Below, piece after piece: positions 32,103 to 41,593 of a stretch of DNA of 64,000 nucleotides. A program made the translations under genes and the position numbers. Where the stretch lies: positions 1 to 64,000 of the forward strand of contig JBIKWN010000004.1 in the NCBI GenBank assembly GCA_044356295.1. Direction: 5' to 3'. A model generated the notes under the pieces. It made no database searches, was not told where the DNA came from, and was given only the letters and a program-made list of their open reading frames with translations. Each line of letters begins with the position of its first letter. The stretch's first letter is position 1. Origin of the DNA: Bdellovibrionota bacterium (lineage in GTDB: Bacteria; Bdellovibrionota_C; UBA2361; JBIKWN01).

Positions 32103-32479
32103 GTAAGAAAACAGTTCTAGTTGTTGAAGATAACGATGATAGCCGAAGTGCTATGACCGTTATGATTGAATCTTTTGGCTACAATGTCAGAGCATTTTCA
32201 GGTGGCCCAGAAGCACTGGCCGAGCTTAAAGAAGACGAAGCAAATGGTCGAACCTTAGATCTTGCTTTGCTTGATATCATGATGCCTGAAATGAATGGAT
32301 ACGAAGTGCTTGTTGAGCTTAAAAAAATACCTCAATACGCTAGCCTGTCTTGTATAATGGTAACTGCAAAAGATGCAGATAGTGAAATTATCGAAGGTTA
32401 TAAATACGGTGCTGATTACTATATAACAAAGCCGTTTACTGCTAAGCAGTTAAAATACGGTATCGAGCTCTATCTTTAA
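32099..32479 (+). CDS. Single-domain response regulator
   Basis: VVEDN, LDIMMPEMNG, VTAK, YITKPF. Confidence 0.92.
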   Translation: MSKKTVLVVEDNDDSRSAMTVMIESFGYNVRAFSGGPEALAELKEDEANGRTLDLALLDIMMPEMNGYEVLVELKKIPQYASLSCIMVTAKDADSEIIEGYKYGADYYITKPFTAKQLKYGIELYL

Positions 32480-32487
32480 TTTGTTTT

Positions 32488-33147
32488 ATGATCGTTACCA
32501 CTAAAGAGCTACAGATTAATTCTCCAAGCTTTATTGTATTTGAAGGTGGAAATGGTGTCGGTAAGTCGACGCTTATGACTTTGCTTGCTACCCATTTAAG
32601 ACAAAAAGGTAAACACGTCGTTACAACAAGAGAGCCCGGTGGGACTCCACTTGGAACAGAAATTAGATCCTTAGTGAAAGAACGACGAGATATTGCTATC
32701 GATGAGCTGACGGAGCTTTTTCTATTCTGTGCCGATAGAGCTCAGCATATTAAAGAATGTATTGAACCCAATATTAATCTTGGTAAATATGTTTTATGCG
32801 ATAGGCACTGGTTCTCGACAATTGCTTTCCAAGGATACGGGAGAGGAATATCTTTGCAAACAATCGAATCTGCCATTTCACTTTCTGTTGGTACGCTTCT
32901 GCCGGCATTGACTGTTGTTGTCGACCTTCCAGTTTTGATCGCTCGACAAAGGATGGAAGATCGAGCAAAACAGTCTCCAATACAAGAATCTGATAAATTT
33001 GAAGATGAAGCTCAAGTATTTCAAGAGAAAGTTCGGGCTGGATTTGTAACGCTTGCCCAAGCTTCTCGTGCACCGTCTGTTATTCTTGATGGAAAAAAGT
33101 CTTCTGAGGTAATGTTGCAAGAGCTTTTAGGTTTTTTTGCATTATGA
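32488..33147 (+). CDS. tmk: Thymidylate kinase
   Basis: FEGGNGVGKST, TREPGGT, LCDR. Confidence 0.95.
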   Translation: MIVTTKELQINSPSFIVFEGGNGVGKSTLMTLLATHLRQKGKHVVTTREPGGTPLGTEIRSLVKERRDIAIDELTELFLFCADRAQHIKECIEPNINLGKYVLCDRHWFSTIAFQGYGRGISLQTIESAISLSVGTLLPALTVVVDLPVLIARQRMEDRAKQSPIQESDKFEDEAQVFQEKVRAGFVTLAQASRAPSVILDGKKSSEVMLQELLGFFAL

Positions 33148-34148
33148 TAACAAAACCTCTTGGACATAAAGATCAGATCGATTCCTTACTTTCGAGTATT
33201 AAGAATCAAAAACTCCATCAAAGTTTATTATTTGTAGGTCCTTCTGGAATAGGAAAAAAAACAATCGCTCAGTACGTCGGAGCAGTATTACTTTGTGAAG
33301 CAGAACAATCAGTAATACCATGCGGAAAATGTGAAAGTTGTTTATTAAATGCGGTTAGAAACCATCCTGATTTATTCTCTTTTAGTCCGTCTATCAAAGA
33401 AGAGTCTTCAGTAGAAGCTTTGCGCAATCTCTTGTCTCGCTTATCACTTCGTCCATTTAGAGGAAAAGCAAAGGTAGTAATCATTGATGCAGCAGATGAA
33501 TTTTCAATTGCTGCTTCAAACATATTCTTAAAAACATTAGAAGAACCCAGACCCAATCTATATTTTATCCTTATAACCGAAAACCCATCACGACTACCGA
33601 TTACTATTCGCTCTCGTACGCAGCGGTGGGAATTTGCTGCTTTGAGTAACGAAGACCTTTCTTTAATTTTAATCGATCGGATGAGTAAAAAAGATGATAC
33701 CTACACAATCGATCCAAGCGTCATACATTATGCTGATGGCTCACTGACTCATATTAAACTTATTAAAGAAGCAGGAAGTGCAATCGATGAGTTTCTTACC
33801 TGGATTGATGTGATTATTAAAGGACAGGTTACCGAATCATTAAGCTATATCCCTTTGCTGGTAAAAGATAAAAATGAACTTCCAACAAAACTCCAGCTGT
33901 TGTTGCTATTAGTTCGTTTTAAAATGCGCACACTTGTACTTAGTAATGATTCAAGCGATCGATATGGGCAGGCTCGACTTGCATTTTTTTTGTCTGATCT
34001 TATTACCTCTCAGCATGTGTTGTTTGATAGAAACATTAATTCACTCATGGTGCTGACATCAATAATTCTTAAAGCTACTGGTGCAGAACCTCAACTAATA
34101 GCTACTGCGGCTCAAGAATCCTTATTTGAAACTATCTCTCAGTTTTGA
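33144..34148 (+). CDS. holB: DNA polymerase III subunit delta'
   Basis: GPSGIGK, PCGKCESC, NHPD, LKTLEEP, TIRSR; follows tmk. Confidence 0.92.
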   Translation: MITKPLGHKDQIDSLLSSIKNQKLHQSLLFVGPSGIGKKTIAQYVGAVLLCEAEQSVIPCGKCESCLLNAVRNHPDLFSFSPSIKEESSVEALRNLLSRLSLRPFRGKAKVVIIDAADEFSIAASNIFLKTLEEPRPNLYFILITENPSRLPITIRSRTQRWEFAALSNEDLSLILIDRMSKKDDTYTIDPSVIHYADGSLTHIKLIKEAGSAIDEFLTWIDVIIKGQVTESLSYIPLLVKDKNELPTKLQLLLLLVRFKMRTLVLSNDSSDRYGQARLAFFLSDLITSQHVLFDRNINSLMVLTSIILKATGAEPQLIATAAQESLFETISQF

Positions 34149-34271
34149 ATAGCTACTAAATTTTTTCAGTTCCCTGCGACATTTTGCCACATCGTTTTGT
34201 AAGCTCTATTACTCAAGTTTTTGGTACGTATGATGTTTCTCAGAATTAAGTTTTCAAGTAAATCTTCCCTA

Positions 34272-34391
34272 CATTAAGTTAAGAACTTAAGTACCGTGAC
34301 CTTGAACGTGTGCCTGAGCGTTAGCTTACATTATTTGGGTCACGCTCAGGCCTACGCTCAAGGTCACGGAATAGAAATTCAGATGACATTG
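34272..34391. repeat. Palindromic intergenic element, copy C
   Basis: CATTAAGTTAAG...CCGTGACCTTGAACGTGTGCCTGAGCG / CGCTCAGGCCTACGCTCAAGGTCACGG long stem ...AATAGAAAT...ATGACATTG. Confidence 0.78.
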
Positions 34392-34436
34392 TTGGGCTGT
34401 GGGCTGTTAGGTTGCTTTTGAATATATCTAAGAGCG

Positions 34437-34472
34437 AAAAGAGGCTGCTTCTTTGATTGCAGCCTCTTTTTT
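34437..34472 (+). terminator. Terminator-like hairpin, potentially bidirectional
   Basis: AAAAGAGGCTGC-N10-GCAGCCTCTTTTTT. Confidence 0.7.
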
Positions 34473-34487
34473 GTGTATTTTTGAGAC

Positions 34488-34874
34488 ATGGAAAATCCAG
34501 AAAATACCCAACAAGAACCCGCTCCTGTTATTGCTGCTCCTGAATATATTGATATCGATTATTTTTCAAAAGTAGATCTACGGATCGCTGATGTTTTAGA
34601 AGTTAACTCGATTCCTAAATCAAAAAAACTGTATAAGTTGAAAGTTTCTCTTGGACTACTCGGAGAGCGACAAATTCTTTCAGGCATTGCACATAAATTT
34701 ACTCCAGAAGAGCTCGTTGGAAGAAAAATTGTGATTATTGCTAACCTTAAACCTGCAAAGTTAATGGGAGAAGAAAGTCAGGGAATGCTTCTTGCCGCAT
34801 CAACGGAGGGTGATGAAATACTCACGCTACTACAACCCGGAGTTGAAATTCCTGCGGGAACAAGAGTGAGATAA
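34488..34874 (+). CDS. Stand-alone MetRS C-terminal tRNA-binding OB-fold (Trbp111/CsaA-like)
   Basis: IDIDYFSKVDLRIA, RQILSGI, ANLKPAKLMGEESQGMLLAA. Confidence 0.9.
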   Translation: MENPENTQQEPAPVIAAPEYIDIDYFSKVDLRIADVLEVNSIPKSKKLYKLKVSLGLLGERQILSGIAHKFTPEELVGRKIVIIANLKPAKLMGEESQGMLLAASTEGDEILTLLQPGVEIPAGTRVR

Positions 34875-34876
34875 CT

Positions 34877-35680
34877 GTGTTCTTAATTGATACACATATT
34901 CATCTTGATTTTGAAGCGTATAACATAGATAGAATCGAATTATTACAGCGAGCTAAAGAAGCAGGTGTTCATTATTCTATTTCAATTGGAGCAGGTGGAG
35001 GTCTTGATTCTACGGACAGAGCACTGCAACTTGCTTCAGAACATGAGCAGTTGTTTACAACAGTCGGTATTCATCCACATGATGCATCATTTGAACTAAC
35101 TGAAGATTCACTTCGTGAACGATTACATGGAGATCTAGCCCAGAAAAAAATAGTTGCGATTGGTGAGACTGGTCTTGATTATTTTAAAGACTGGTCACCG
35201 ATAGATGCACAAAAAAAATGGTTTCGTTTCCAAATTGAGCTAGCCAAAGAGTTTAATGTACCGTTAATCATTCACAATCGTGAAGCAGGTGAGGATTGTT
35301 TAAAAATCCTTCAAGAACTTAACGCATCACAGGTTGGCGGTGTATTTCACTGTTATAGTGAAGATGCAGATTTTGCTAAGGTACTGCGAGATCTTAATTT
35401 CCTTGTCTCCTTTACTGGAGTTATTACTTTTAAGAAATCAGATAGAACGCGAGCTGTTATTAAAGATATTCCCCTTGATCAGATAATGCTTGAGACTGAT
35501 GGTCCGTATATGGCACCAGAACCATACCGAGGACAGAGGAGTGAGAGTGCTCATGTTGTTGAGATGGCTAAGGTCCTTGCCGAGGTGAAGGGTATAAGCT
35601 TTGAAGAAGTATGTTTGGCTACTTCAAAAAATGCTATTCAACTTTTTAAACTTCCACTAAAAATTTCCGAGGATTCATGA
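34877..35680 (+). CDS. tatD: TatD-family hydrolase
   Basis: DTHIH, GIHPH, IGETGLDY, IHNREA, FHCY, ETDGPY. Confidence 0.93.
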   Translation: MFLIDTHIHLDFEAYNIDRIELLQRAKEAGVHYSISIGAGGGLDSTDRALQLASEHEQLFTTVGIHPHDASFELTEDSLRERLHGDLAQKKIVAIGETGLDYFKDWSPIDAQKKWFRFQIELAKEFNVPLIIHNREAGEDCLKILQELNASQVGGVFHCYSEDADFAKVLRDLNFLVSFTGVITFKKSDRTRAVIKDIPLDQIMLETDGPYMAPEPYRGQRSESAHVVEMAKVLAEVKGISFEEVCLATSKNAIQLFKLPLKISEDS

Positions 35681-36519
35681 AGATAGAAGTCATAGAATTT
35701 GGCATGTTTCGCTTAGATGGAGGAGCGATGTTTGGATCAGTGCCTAAAAATCTTTGGGCGAAGCTAATATCGGTTGATGAAGAAAATTGCATTCCCTTGG
35801 CTTCGAGAAGCTTACTCGTAACCGTTGAAGATAAAAAAATATTAATCGATGTTGGCCTGGGTGAAAAATGGGACGAGAAAAGTAAAAAAATTTTTGGGAT
35901 TAAGAATACCCCCCGAGATTTATTAGGATTTAATGACTCAGAGATTACGGATGTCATTTTAACGCATCTTCATTTTGATCATGGCGGTGGTATTTCTCGA
36001 TGGGCATCAAATGATGGTACCGTTGAAAGACAATATCCAAATGCAACTATTCATATCCAAAAAAGTAACTATGAAAGAGCTAAAGCTCCTGGACTTCGTG
36101 AGAAAGCAAGCTATCTTCCTGAAAATATCTCTGTCATAGACGCGTCAAAGGATGTTCTTCTAGCTGGAAATGGAATCATTCTCGAAGGGAAGGGATGGCA
36201 AATCTCTGGATTTCAAATTGATGGACATACCCTTGGGCAGCAGTGGATTGAGATTCGATTATCTAGTCCGTTGAAAGGTGCTTCTGTATTTATGTTTGCT
36301 ACAGATCTGATACCTACTTCGCGTCACTTGCCGCTGCCGTATCACATGGGATACGACCTCTGTGCAGAAAAAGTAATAGATGAAAAAAAATTATTTTTAG
36401 AATCTGCTATGAAAAATGATGCCGTCGTAGTTTTTCAGCATGATCCAGATATAGCTGCAGGAAGAGTAGGGATCAATGAAAAAGGGCATTTTGCTCTTAA
36501 AGAGAAATTTTTGTTTTAA
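35677..36519 (+). CDS. MBL-fold metallo-hydrolase (YtnP-like)
   Basis: LDGGAMFGSVPK, THLHFDHGGG, GHT. Confidence 0.9.
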   Translation: MKIEVIEFGMFRLDGGAMFGSVPKNLWAKLISVDEENCIPLASRSLLVTVEDKKILIDVGLGEKWDEKSKKIFGIKNTPRDLLGFNDSEITDVILTHLHFDHGGGISRWASNDGTVERQYPNATIHIQKSNYERAKAPGLREKASYLPENISVIDASKDVLLAGNGIILEGKGWQISGFQIDGHTLGQQWIEIRLSSPLKGASVFMFATDLIPTSRHLPLPYHMGYDLCAEKVIDEKKLFLESAMKNDAVVVFQHDPDIAAGRVGINEKGHFALKEKFLF

Positions 36520-36539
36520 TATTCCTATATATTGTTTCT

Positions 36540-37403
36540 ATGTCAGTTACCCAAGTACTCCGAGAATGGAATGGAAAACCTTTGGTTGAGGTTATCTCAC
36601 TTGCATTTAATCTTTCTAAAAAAAAAGCGAAAGAATTACTCGATAGAAAAAAAGTCCTTGTTAATAATAAACGAATTTGGATTGCTAAATATGTCGTCAA
36701 AACAGGCGAAGTAATAGAGGTTGTTGAAGATAAGGCTGTATCCCTAGGATCAAAGACCTCACTAGAATCAGTTGAAGTGCTTTTTGAAGATGAAAGTTTT
36801 CTTGTTTTAAATAAACCTGCTGGATTACTAACGAATGGTGATAAGAGTTTTGAAAAATTTGTTCAAAAAGAATTAAAGTTATCTCAGGTTAAAGCAGTAC
36901 ACCGACTTGATAGAGACACAAGTGGCGCGTTGATTTTTTCTAAAAATATGAAAATATTTGAACTTTTTGTAGAGCTTTTTAAGGCGGAAAAAATTCAAAA
37001 AAAGTATTACGCCCTTATTCTTTCTCAAAATATAAAACTAACTCTAGAAACTCAAATTGTTATAGAAACACCCTTAGAAGGAAAGTCGGCATATACAGAG
37101 GTTGTCATTAGAAAATCATACCCTCCAGTATATGAGGCTGAAATAGTCATTAAAACTGGACGTACACATCAAATACGAAAACATCTTTTATCACGTGGCA
37201 TGCAAGTGCTTGGAGACCGTGATTACGAAATACCGCTCGGGAAAACTCCTGATTTTAGGTCTGTAGGTCGTCAAATGTTACATGCACGGTGGCTTGCGTT
37301 TAAGCATCCAGTCACTTTAAAAGATATCGTTATTGATGCACCGGTTCCTCCAGATTTCATAAAAACTAAAAATATGTTGAAGTCAAAGAATGCAGCCCGA
37401 TAA
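36540..37403 (+). CDS. RluA-family pseudouridine synthase with S4-like N-terminus
   Basis: NKPAGL, HRLDRDTSG, TGRTHQIRKH. Confidence 0.93.
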   Translation: MSVTQVLREWNGKPLVEVISLAFNLSKKKAKELLDRKKVLVNNKRIWIAKYVVKTGEVIEVVEDKAVSLGSKTSLESVEVLFEDESFLVLNKPAGLLTNGDKSFEKFVQKELKLSQVKAVHRLDRDTSGALIFSKNMKIFELFVELFKAEKIQKKYYALILSQNIKLTLETQIVIETPLEGKSAYTEVVIRKSYPPVYEAEIVIKTGRTHQIRKHLLSRGMQVLGDRDYEIPLGKTPDFRSVGRQMLHARWLAFKHPVTLKDIVIDAPVPPDFIKTKNMLKSKNAAR

Positions 37404-38388
37404 TTCCATTTATCTTGTTACTGGTGCCACTGGTTTTGTTGGTGGTCACATGGTCGAATATCTCTTAAAAAAAGGTCTTACGGTTAGAGCTCTAGTTCGA
37501 AATTTAGAAAAAGCAGCATTTTTGAAAGAGAAAGGTGTTGAGCTCGTTCAAGGCGATATTAAAGATGCTTCTACCTTAACAAAAGCTGTTATGGGGGTGT
37601 CTGGTATTTTTCATATTGGAGCAGTCTTTCGAGAAGCAAAACTTCCAGATACTGAGTATTTTGCAGTCAATGTAGAAGGAACAAGAAATCTTTTTCAAGC
37701 AGCTATTCAAGCTCAAGTTCCAAGACTTATTTACTGTTCAACAAATGGTGTTCATGGAGATGTTAAAAATCCTCCTGCTGATGAACTCGCACCGTATGCT
37801 CCATGTGATGTATATCAAGAGAGTAAAGTCGCATCTGAGAAAGTTGCTTTTGATTTTTACCATTCTCAAAAAATTTCAGGTGTTATTCTCCGTCCTGCAA
37901 TGATTTATGGACCTCGTGATACACGCCTCGGAAAAATTTTTCGAATGATTCAGAAAGAAAAATTCTTTTATGTCGGAAAAGGTGATGCCTTATGTCATTT
38001 TATTGACGTACGTGATCTTGTGCATGCATTTTGGTTAGCGATGCAGAAAAATGAAGTATCTAATGAAGCATTTTTGATTGCAGGACAAGAAATTGTACCA
38101 TTAGATAGGTTTTGTAATCTTGTTGCTGATGTACTGAATGTAAAGCGTCCGTGGATTCATATACCACTGATTCCAATGCAGCTTCTGGGTGATCTGTGCG
38201 AACTACTGTGTAAGCCATTTGGAATAGAGCCTCCTCTGTATCGAAGAAGAGTTGATTTTTATATTAAAAATAGAAGTTTTGTGACGAATAAAGCTGAAAA
38301 ATTACTCGGGTTTCGAGCAAAATTATCGTTACAGGATGAAATCAAAGATATAATTTCTGAATATAGACGTAAAAAATTTCTTGAATAA
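37390..38388 (+). CDS. NAD-dependent epimerase/dehydratase
   Basis: GATGFVG, YQESK, RPAMIYGP. Confidence 0.9.
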   Translation: MQPDNSIYLVTGATGFVGGHMVEYLLKKGLTVRALVRNLEKAAFLKEKGVELVQGDIKDASTLTKAVMGVSGIFHIGAVFREAKLPDTEYFAVNVEGTRNLFQAAIQAQVPRLIYCSTNGVHGDVKNPPADELAPYAPCDVYQESKVASEKVAFDFYHSQKISGVILRPAMIYGPRDTRLGKIFRMIQKEKFFYVGKGDALCHFIDVRDLVHAFWLAMQKNEVSNEAFLIAGQEIVPLDRFCNLVADVLNVKRPWIHIPLIPMQLLGDLCELLCKPFGIEPPLYRRRVDFYIKNRSFVTNKAEKLLGFRAKLSLQDEIKDIISEYRRKKFLE

Positions 38389-38409
38389 TTAAATCAGAAA
38401 CGAGCTCTT

Positions 38410-39783
38410 TTACGCTGCTTTGAAAGGATTAAATTCAGGTAGATTTTTTTTTTGAATAGGTGGAGTTGCGCCTTGAATAACTGCTTTATCTGCAAACCAC
38501 TGAATGCGAAGCTCGTCAAGCGCTTGCTCACTTAAAAAGTATTCCGGATTACCAGAATCAACAGGATCACAATCACCAGTGTTTTCAGCAAGATTGGTTT
38601 GTTTTTTTGAATATTGAGCAATCAGAAGCATGAGTTTAAATTCAGCCCACTCGGTAGTGAGTCCGTCTCCAAAAAGTATGGGAAGTCTCTTAGAAAATTC
38701 AGTCGCTTCATATGTTGCAGATTCAAAAGTGCCAAGGGGTATTCGACTTGTAAGTACAATTGGTTTTCTTGCGGAAAAATCACTTAAGACATTGAGAACT
38801 GCTTCACCAACGGCTCCACTTCCGAAACCTTTAATGATAAAACCATCTACATCTACAGATAGTTCCTGAGCTAATTTTTCAGCAGCAACTTTAGCAGAAT
38901 GGTGAGAAGACATTTGAATAATATTGATCTTAACTTGATCAAGCGGTTTTCCCAGTTCAGGGACAATCATACTATCCTGCATTGTCACGCAACTTTGCTG
39001 TATAGATTCTTGTCTTGGAAATTTAACAAACCCTCGATAGGGAAGTCTATAAACTCTTGCAAAATCTTTTTTATCTGAGCGTATACTTCTAAAAGAGTCA
39101 GAAATACTGCCATTAATTTTAGTTACTTCATGGGCTGGGATAATTTTATGATTACAAATAATATAAAATCCTGGCGGAAAATTTTTACATTGAGCCGCAA
39201 TCGTTGCGTCATGAAAATTACTTACAGCATCGGATTTATGGGTATTTGCTGGCTTCATACCCCCTATAAGAAAGACTGGAACGGAAGGTGCGGGAATAAG
39301 AAGCGATAAAAATGCGGCAGAATCTGCCATTGTGTCGGTGCCGTGTGTAATAAAAATTGAGTCAGATTTTTTTTGCGTCAGCGCTCTAATCACAAGGGAT
39401 GCTAAGCGCATTTTTTTATCTTGATCAGAGTTGATGCTGTCATATAGTTTGCCGACATGTTCAGGATCCCTCGGTTTGGCAAAAGAAAAATGAGCGAGGT
39501 TACATGATTTTTTTAGTGATGTTGTTAGTAATTGTCCAATATGCGAACGAGGTGAAAGGTTCATCTGCTCAGTCATTTCCGAAGCAAACGTACCACCTGT
39601 TTCAATAATATAGATACGAGCCTTTTCAAATTTATTTCTAATACTCTCTTGTGCCCGAGTAAGAAAATTATGTTTAGGAAAAGATTTTTGGCAAGAAAGC
39701 GAATGTTGGTTTAGGTCGATACATTCGCACTGCTCATTTGGCGATCTTGAATTTTCGTTAAGAAAGAAAGTTCGTATACACAT
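38410..39783 (-). CDS. L-asparaginase-family protein with terminal extensions
   Basis: ETGGTFAS, THGTDTM, SDAVSN, GFGSG. Confidence 0.82.
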   Translation of the reverse strand: MCIRTFFLNENSRSPNEQCECIDLNQHSLSCQKSFPKHNFLTRAQESIRNKFEKARIYIIETGGTFASEMTEQMNLSPRSHIGQLLTTSLKKSCNLAHFSFAKPRDPEHVGKLYDSINSDQDKKMRLASLVIRALTQKKSDSIFITHGTDTMADSAAFLSLLIPAPSVPVFLIGGMKPANTHKSDAVSNFHDATIAAQCKNFPPGFYIICNHKIIPAHEVTKINGSISDSFRSIRSDKKDFARVYRLPYRGFVKFPRQESIQQSCVTMQDSMIVPELGKPLDQVKINIIQMSSHHSAKVAAEKLAQELSVDVDGFIIKGFGSGAVGEAVLNVLSDFSARKPIVLTSRIPLGTFESATYEATEFSKRLPILFGDGLTTEWAEFKLMLLIAQYSKKQTNLAENTGDCDPVDSGNPEYFLSEQALDELRIQWFADKAVIQGATPPIQKKNLPEFNPFKAA

Positions 39784-39971
39784 ATGGTCTGCCTAAAGTG
39801 TGCATGAAGACTAGCGCGAATGTGTTTTGAATCAAGTAAAAAAAACAACCTGCTTCAGTTATTTCTAGAATGATCATTCAGTCTTAGTATTATTATGCTT
39901 ATAGTGCTCAAAAAATGAGCTTTTTAATGATTAAAAAAATCCAACAGCAAGTATGCTTTGTTTAAGTTACT

Positions 39972-40745
39972 TTAACTATTTTTTATCCTATACATGATTT
40001 GTCGGTAGAGTAAGCCTATTAAGGAGCATTCCTTTAGAGTACTTGAACCGATAGGGGATTTAAGACTTACTAATGATATTGAGGTTGGTACTGTATTCGA
40101 TTCTATCTCAAATACGCTAATATATGTTGCAGAAAAGAAAGCTTCTTCTTTCAGCGGCAGAGGATCTGAGCCACATAGAATTGTTTTTTGGCATTTTTCA
40201 GAGATGTATTTTAATGAATCAAGACGTGGTCTTCCAAATATATCTCCAATAAATAAATTTTTAGAACTATTTAAGAAGGCTTCATAAACAGTTTTTCTTC
40301 TCGCGCCAATCCACTTCCCAAAAGACCACGGTATCACAACGATTTCATTTAATTCCAAAAGTTTCTGCGTTGTTTCAATAAGTGATAGTCCGTTTGGAAC
40401 TGCAGTTCGTTTCGAAATGCAAAGTGCTTCAAGTCCTTCCGATGTTTTAATTTGCTGACCTTGATATATATAAAGAGGTGTTCGATGAGAATTATGAGTG
40501 ACCTTTAAGCAGGTTTCTGAGATATACTCTATAGAACAATGAGCAACAGCTTTGTTTGTTTTCCAAATATTAAAGAAGTTTTCGCTCGATCTTTCAGTGA
40601 GTATAATTCCAAATGCTATTGAAGTAAGCTCTTTATAACCTAGTAATGTGGTATGTAATTCAAAATTTTCAAATGTACTATCAATCCATTGTTTAAGTGA
40701 ATAGTTTTCATAGTAATGAACATGAGTATCAAGTAAAAAAATCAT
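39972..40745 (-). CDS. PHP-like metal-dependent phosphoesterase domain protein
   Basis: DTHVH near the N-terminus, LTE, CGSD near the C-terminus. Confidence 0.55.
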   Translation of the reverse strand: MIFLLDTHVHYYENYSLKQWIDSTFENFELHTTLLGYKELTSIAFGIILTERSSENFFNIWKTNKAVAHCSIEYISETCLKVTHNSHRTPLYIYQGQQIKTSEGLEALCISKRTAVPNGLSLIETTQKLLELNEIVVIPWSFGKWIGARRKTVYEAFLNSSKNLFIGDIFGRPRLDSLKYISEKCQKTILCGSDPLPLKEEAFFSATYISVFEIESNTVPTSISLVSLKSPIGSSTLKECSLIGLLYRQIMYRIKNS

Positions 40746-41593
40746 GGAAGTGTGATTGTGTTTTTATTGATATGGATTAAACCATCATGATTTAATTTCT
40801 GAATGATTGATGGAATTACTTCTGATCGTTCTGGAAACATACTTTTTATGAGTGCAACCGTACATCTCTTTTTAGTAATCAGCAATTTTAAAATGGCACC
40901 TCGAACCTCTCGTTGTGATCCTTTGAATTTACTTTGTTTTGAATAATGTACACTTTTTGTGTGTTGTCGATTTCCTTGGCTCTTCAGTAAAGTCCCGTAA
41001 TCCATCAGAGCCCAATACCAATCTTTAGCAGAACATAATGAATTATCTGGAATACTAAGCTCAATGAGATTTAAGAGAGAGCTATCTGATATTTTGATTT
41101 TTTTTCGGGCGAAAAAAGAATCAATAAAAACCGTACGAATATTTGTTTCTATCATTACAACAGGTTTATTGTAAGCAAAAGCTAGAATTGCATGAGCTGT
41201 ATAATGCCCAATGCCAGGGAGTGAAATAAGTTCTTGAAACTCCTGAGGCACTTTTCCATTAAATTCTTTTTCGATAATTTTTGCAGCCCGGTGGAGTGCT
41301 ACGGCTCTTCGGTTATAACCAAGGCCACTCCAATATTTTAAAACTTTTGAAAGTGGTGCCCGCGCTACCGATCTAATCGTTGGAAATGTTTGAATCCATT
41401 TTAAATATTTTTCTATGACTCGTGGTACCTGAGTCTGTTGCAGCATATATTCAGAAACTAGAATTTTATATGGATCACTGGTTTCTCTCCAAGGAAGGAT
41501 TCTTTTATGGGTCAGATACCATGCCAGTACTTTCTTCTGAAAGTTCAGAATATCACTGTTTTTCCTTAATTTTTTTAATGTGCTCTTGGGCAT
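40742..41593 (-). CDS. mutY: A/G-specific adenine glycosylase MutY-like (short, no Fe-S motif)
   Basis: LPWR...PY.ILVSEYMLQQTQV, WSGLGYNRRA, LPGIGHYTA. Confidence 0.85.
   Translation of the reverse strand: MPKSTLKKLRKNSDILNFQKKVLAWYLTHKRILPWRETSDPYKILVSEYMLQQTQVPRVIEKYLKWIQTFPTIRSVARAPLSKVLKYWSGLGYNRRAVALHRAAKIIEKEFNGKVPQEFQELISLPGIGHYTAHAILAFAYNKPVVMIETNIRTVFIDSFFARKKIKISDSSLLNLIELSIPDNSLCSAKDWYWALMDYGTLLKSQGNRQHTKSVHYSKQSKFKGSQREVRGAILKLLITKKRCTVALIKSMFPERSEVIPSIIQKLNHDGLIHINKNTITLP

Noticed and set aside
34150..34487. T-box or SAM riboswitch upstream of the MetRS-like domain
   Set aside because: No T-box (UGGNACC) or S-box consensus found; the structure is explained by the repeat element and the hairpin
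39868..39879. Perfect palindrome GAATGATCATTC upstream of the asparaginase gene
   Set aside because: 12-bp palindromes are expected many times by chance in 64 kb; no cognate regulator nearby
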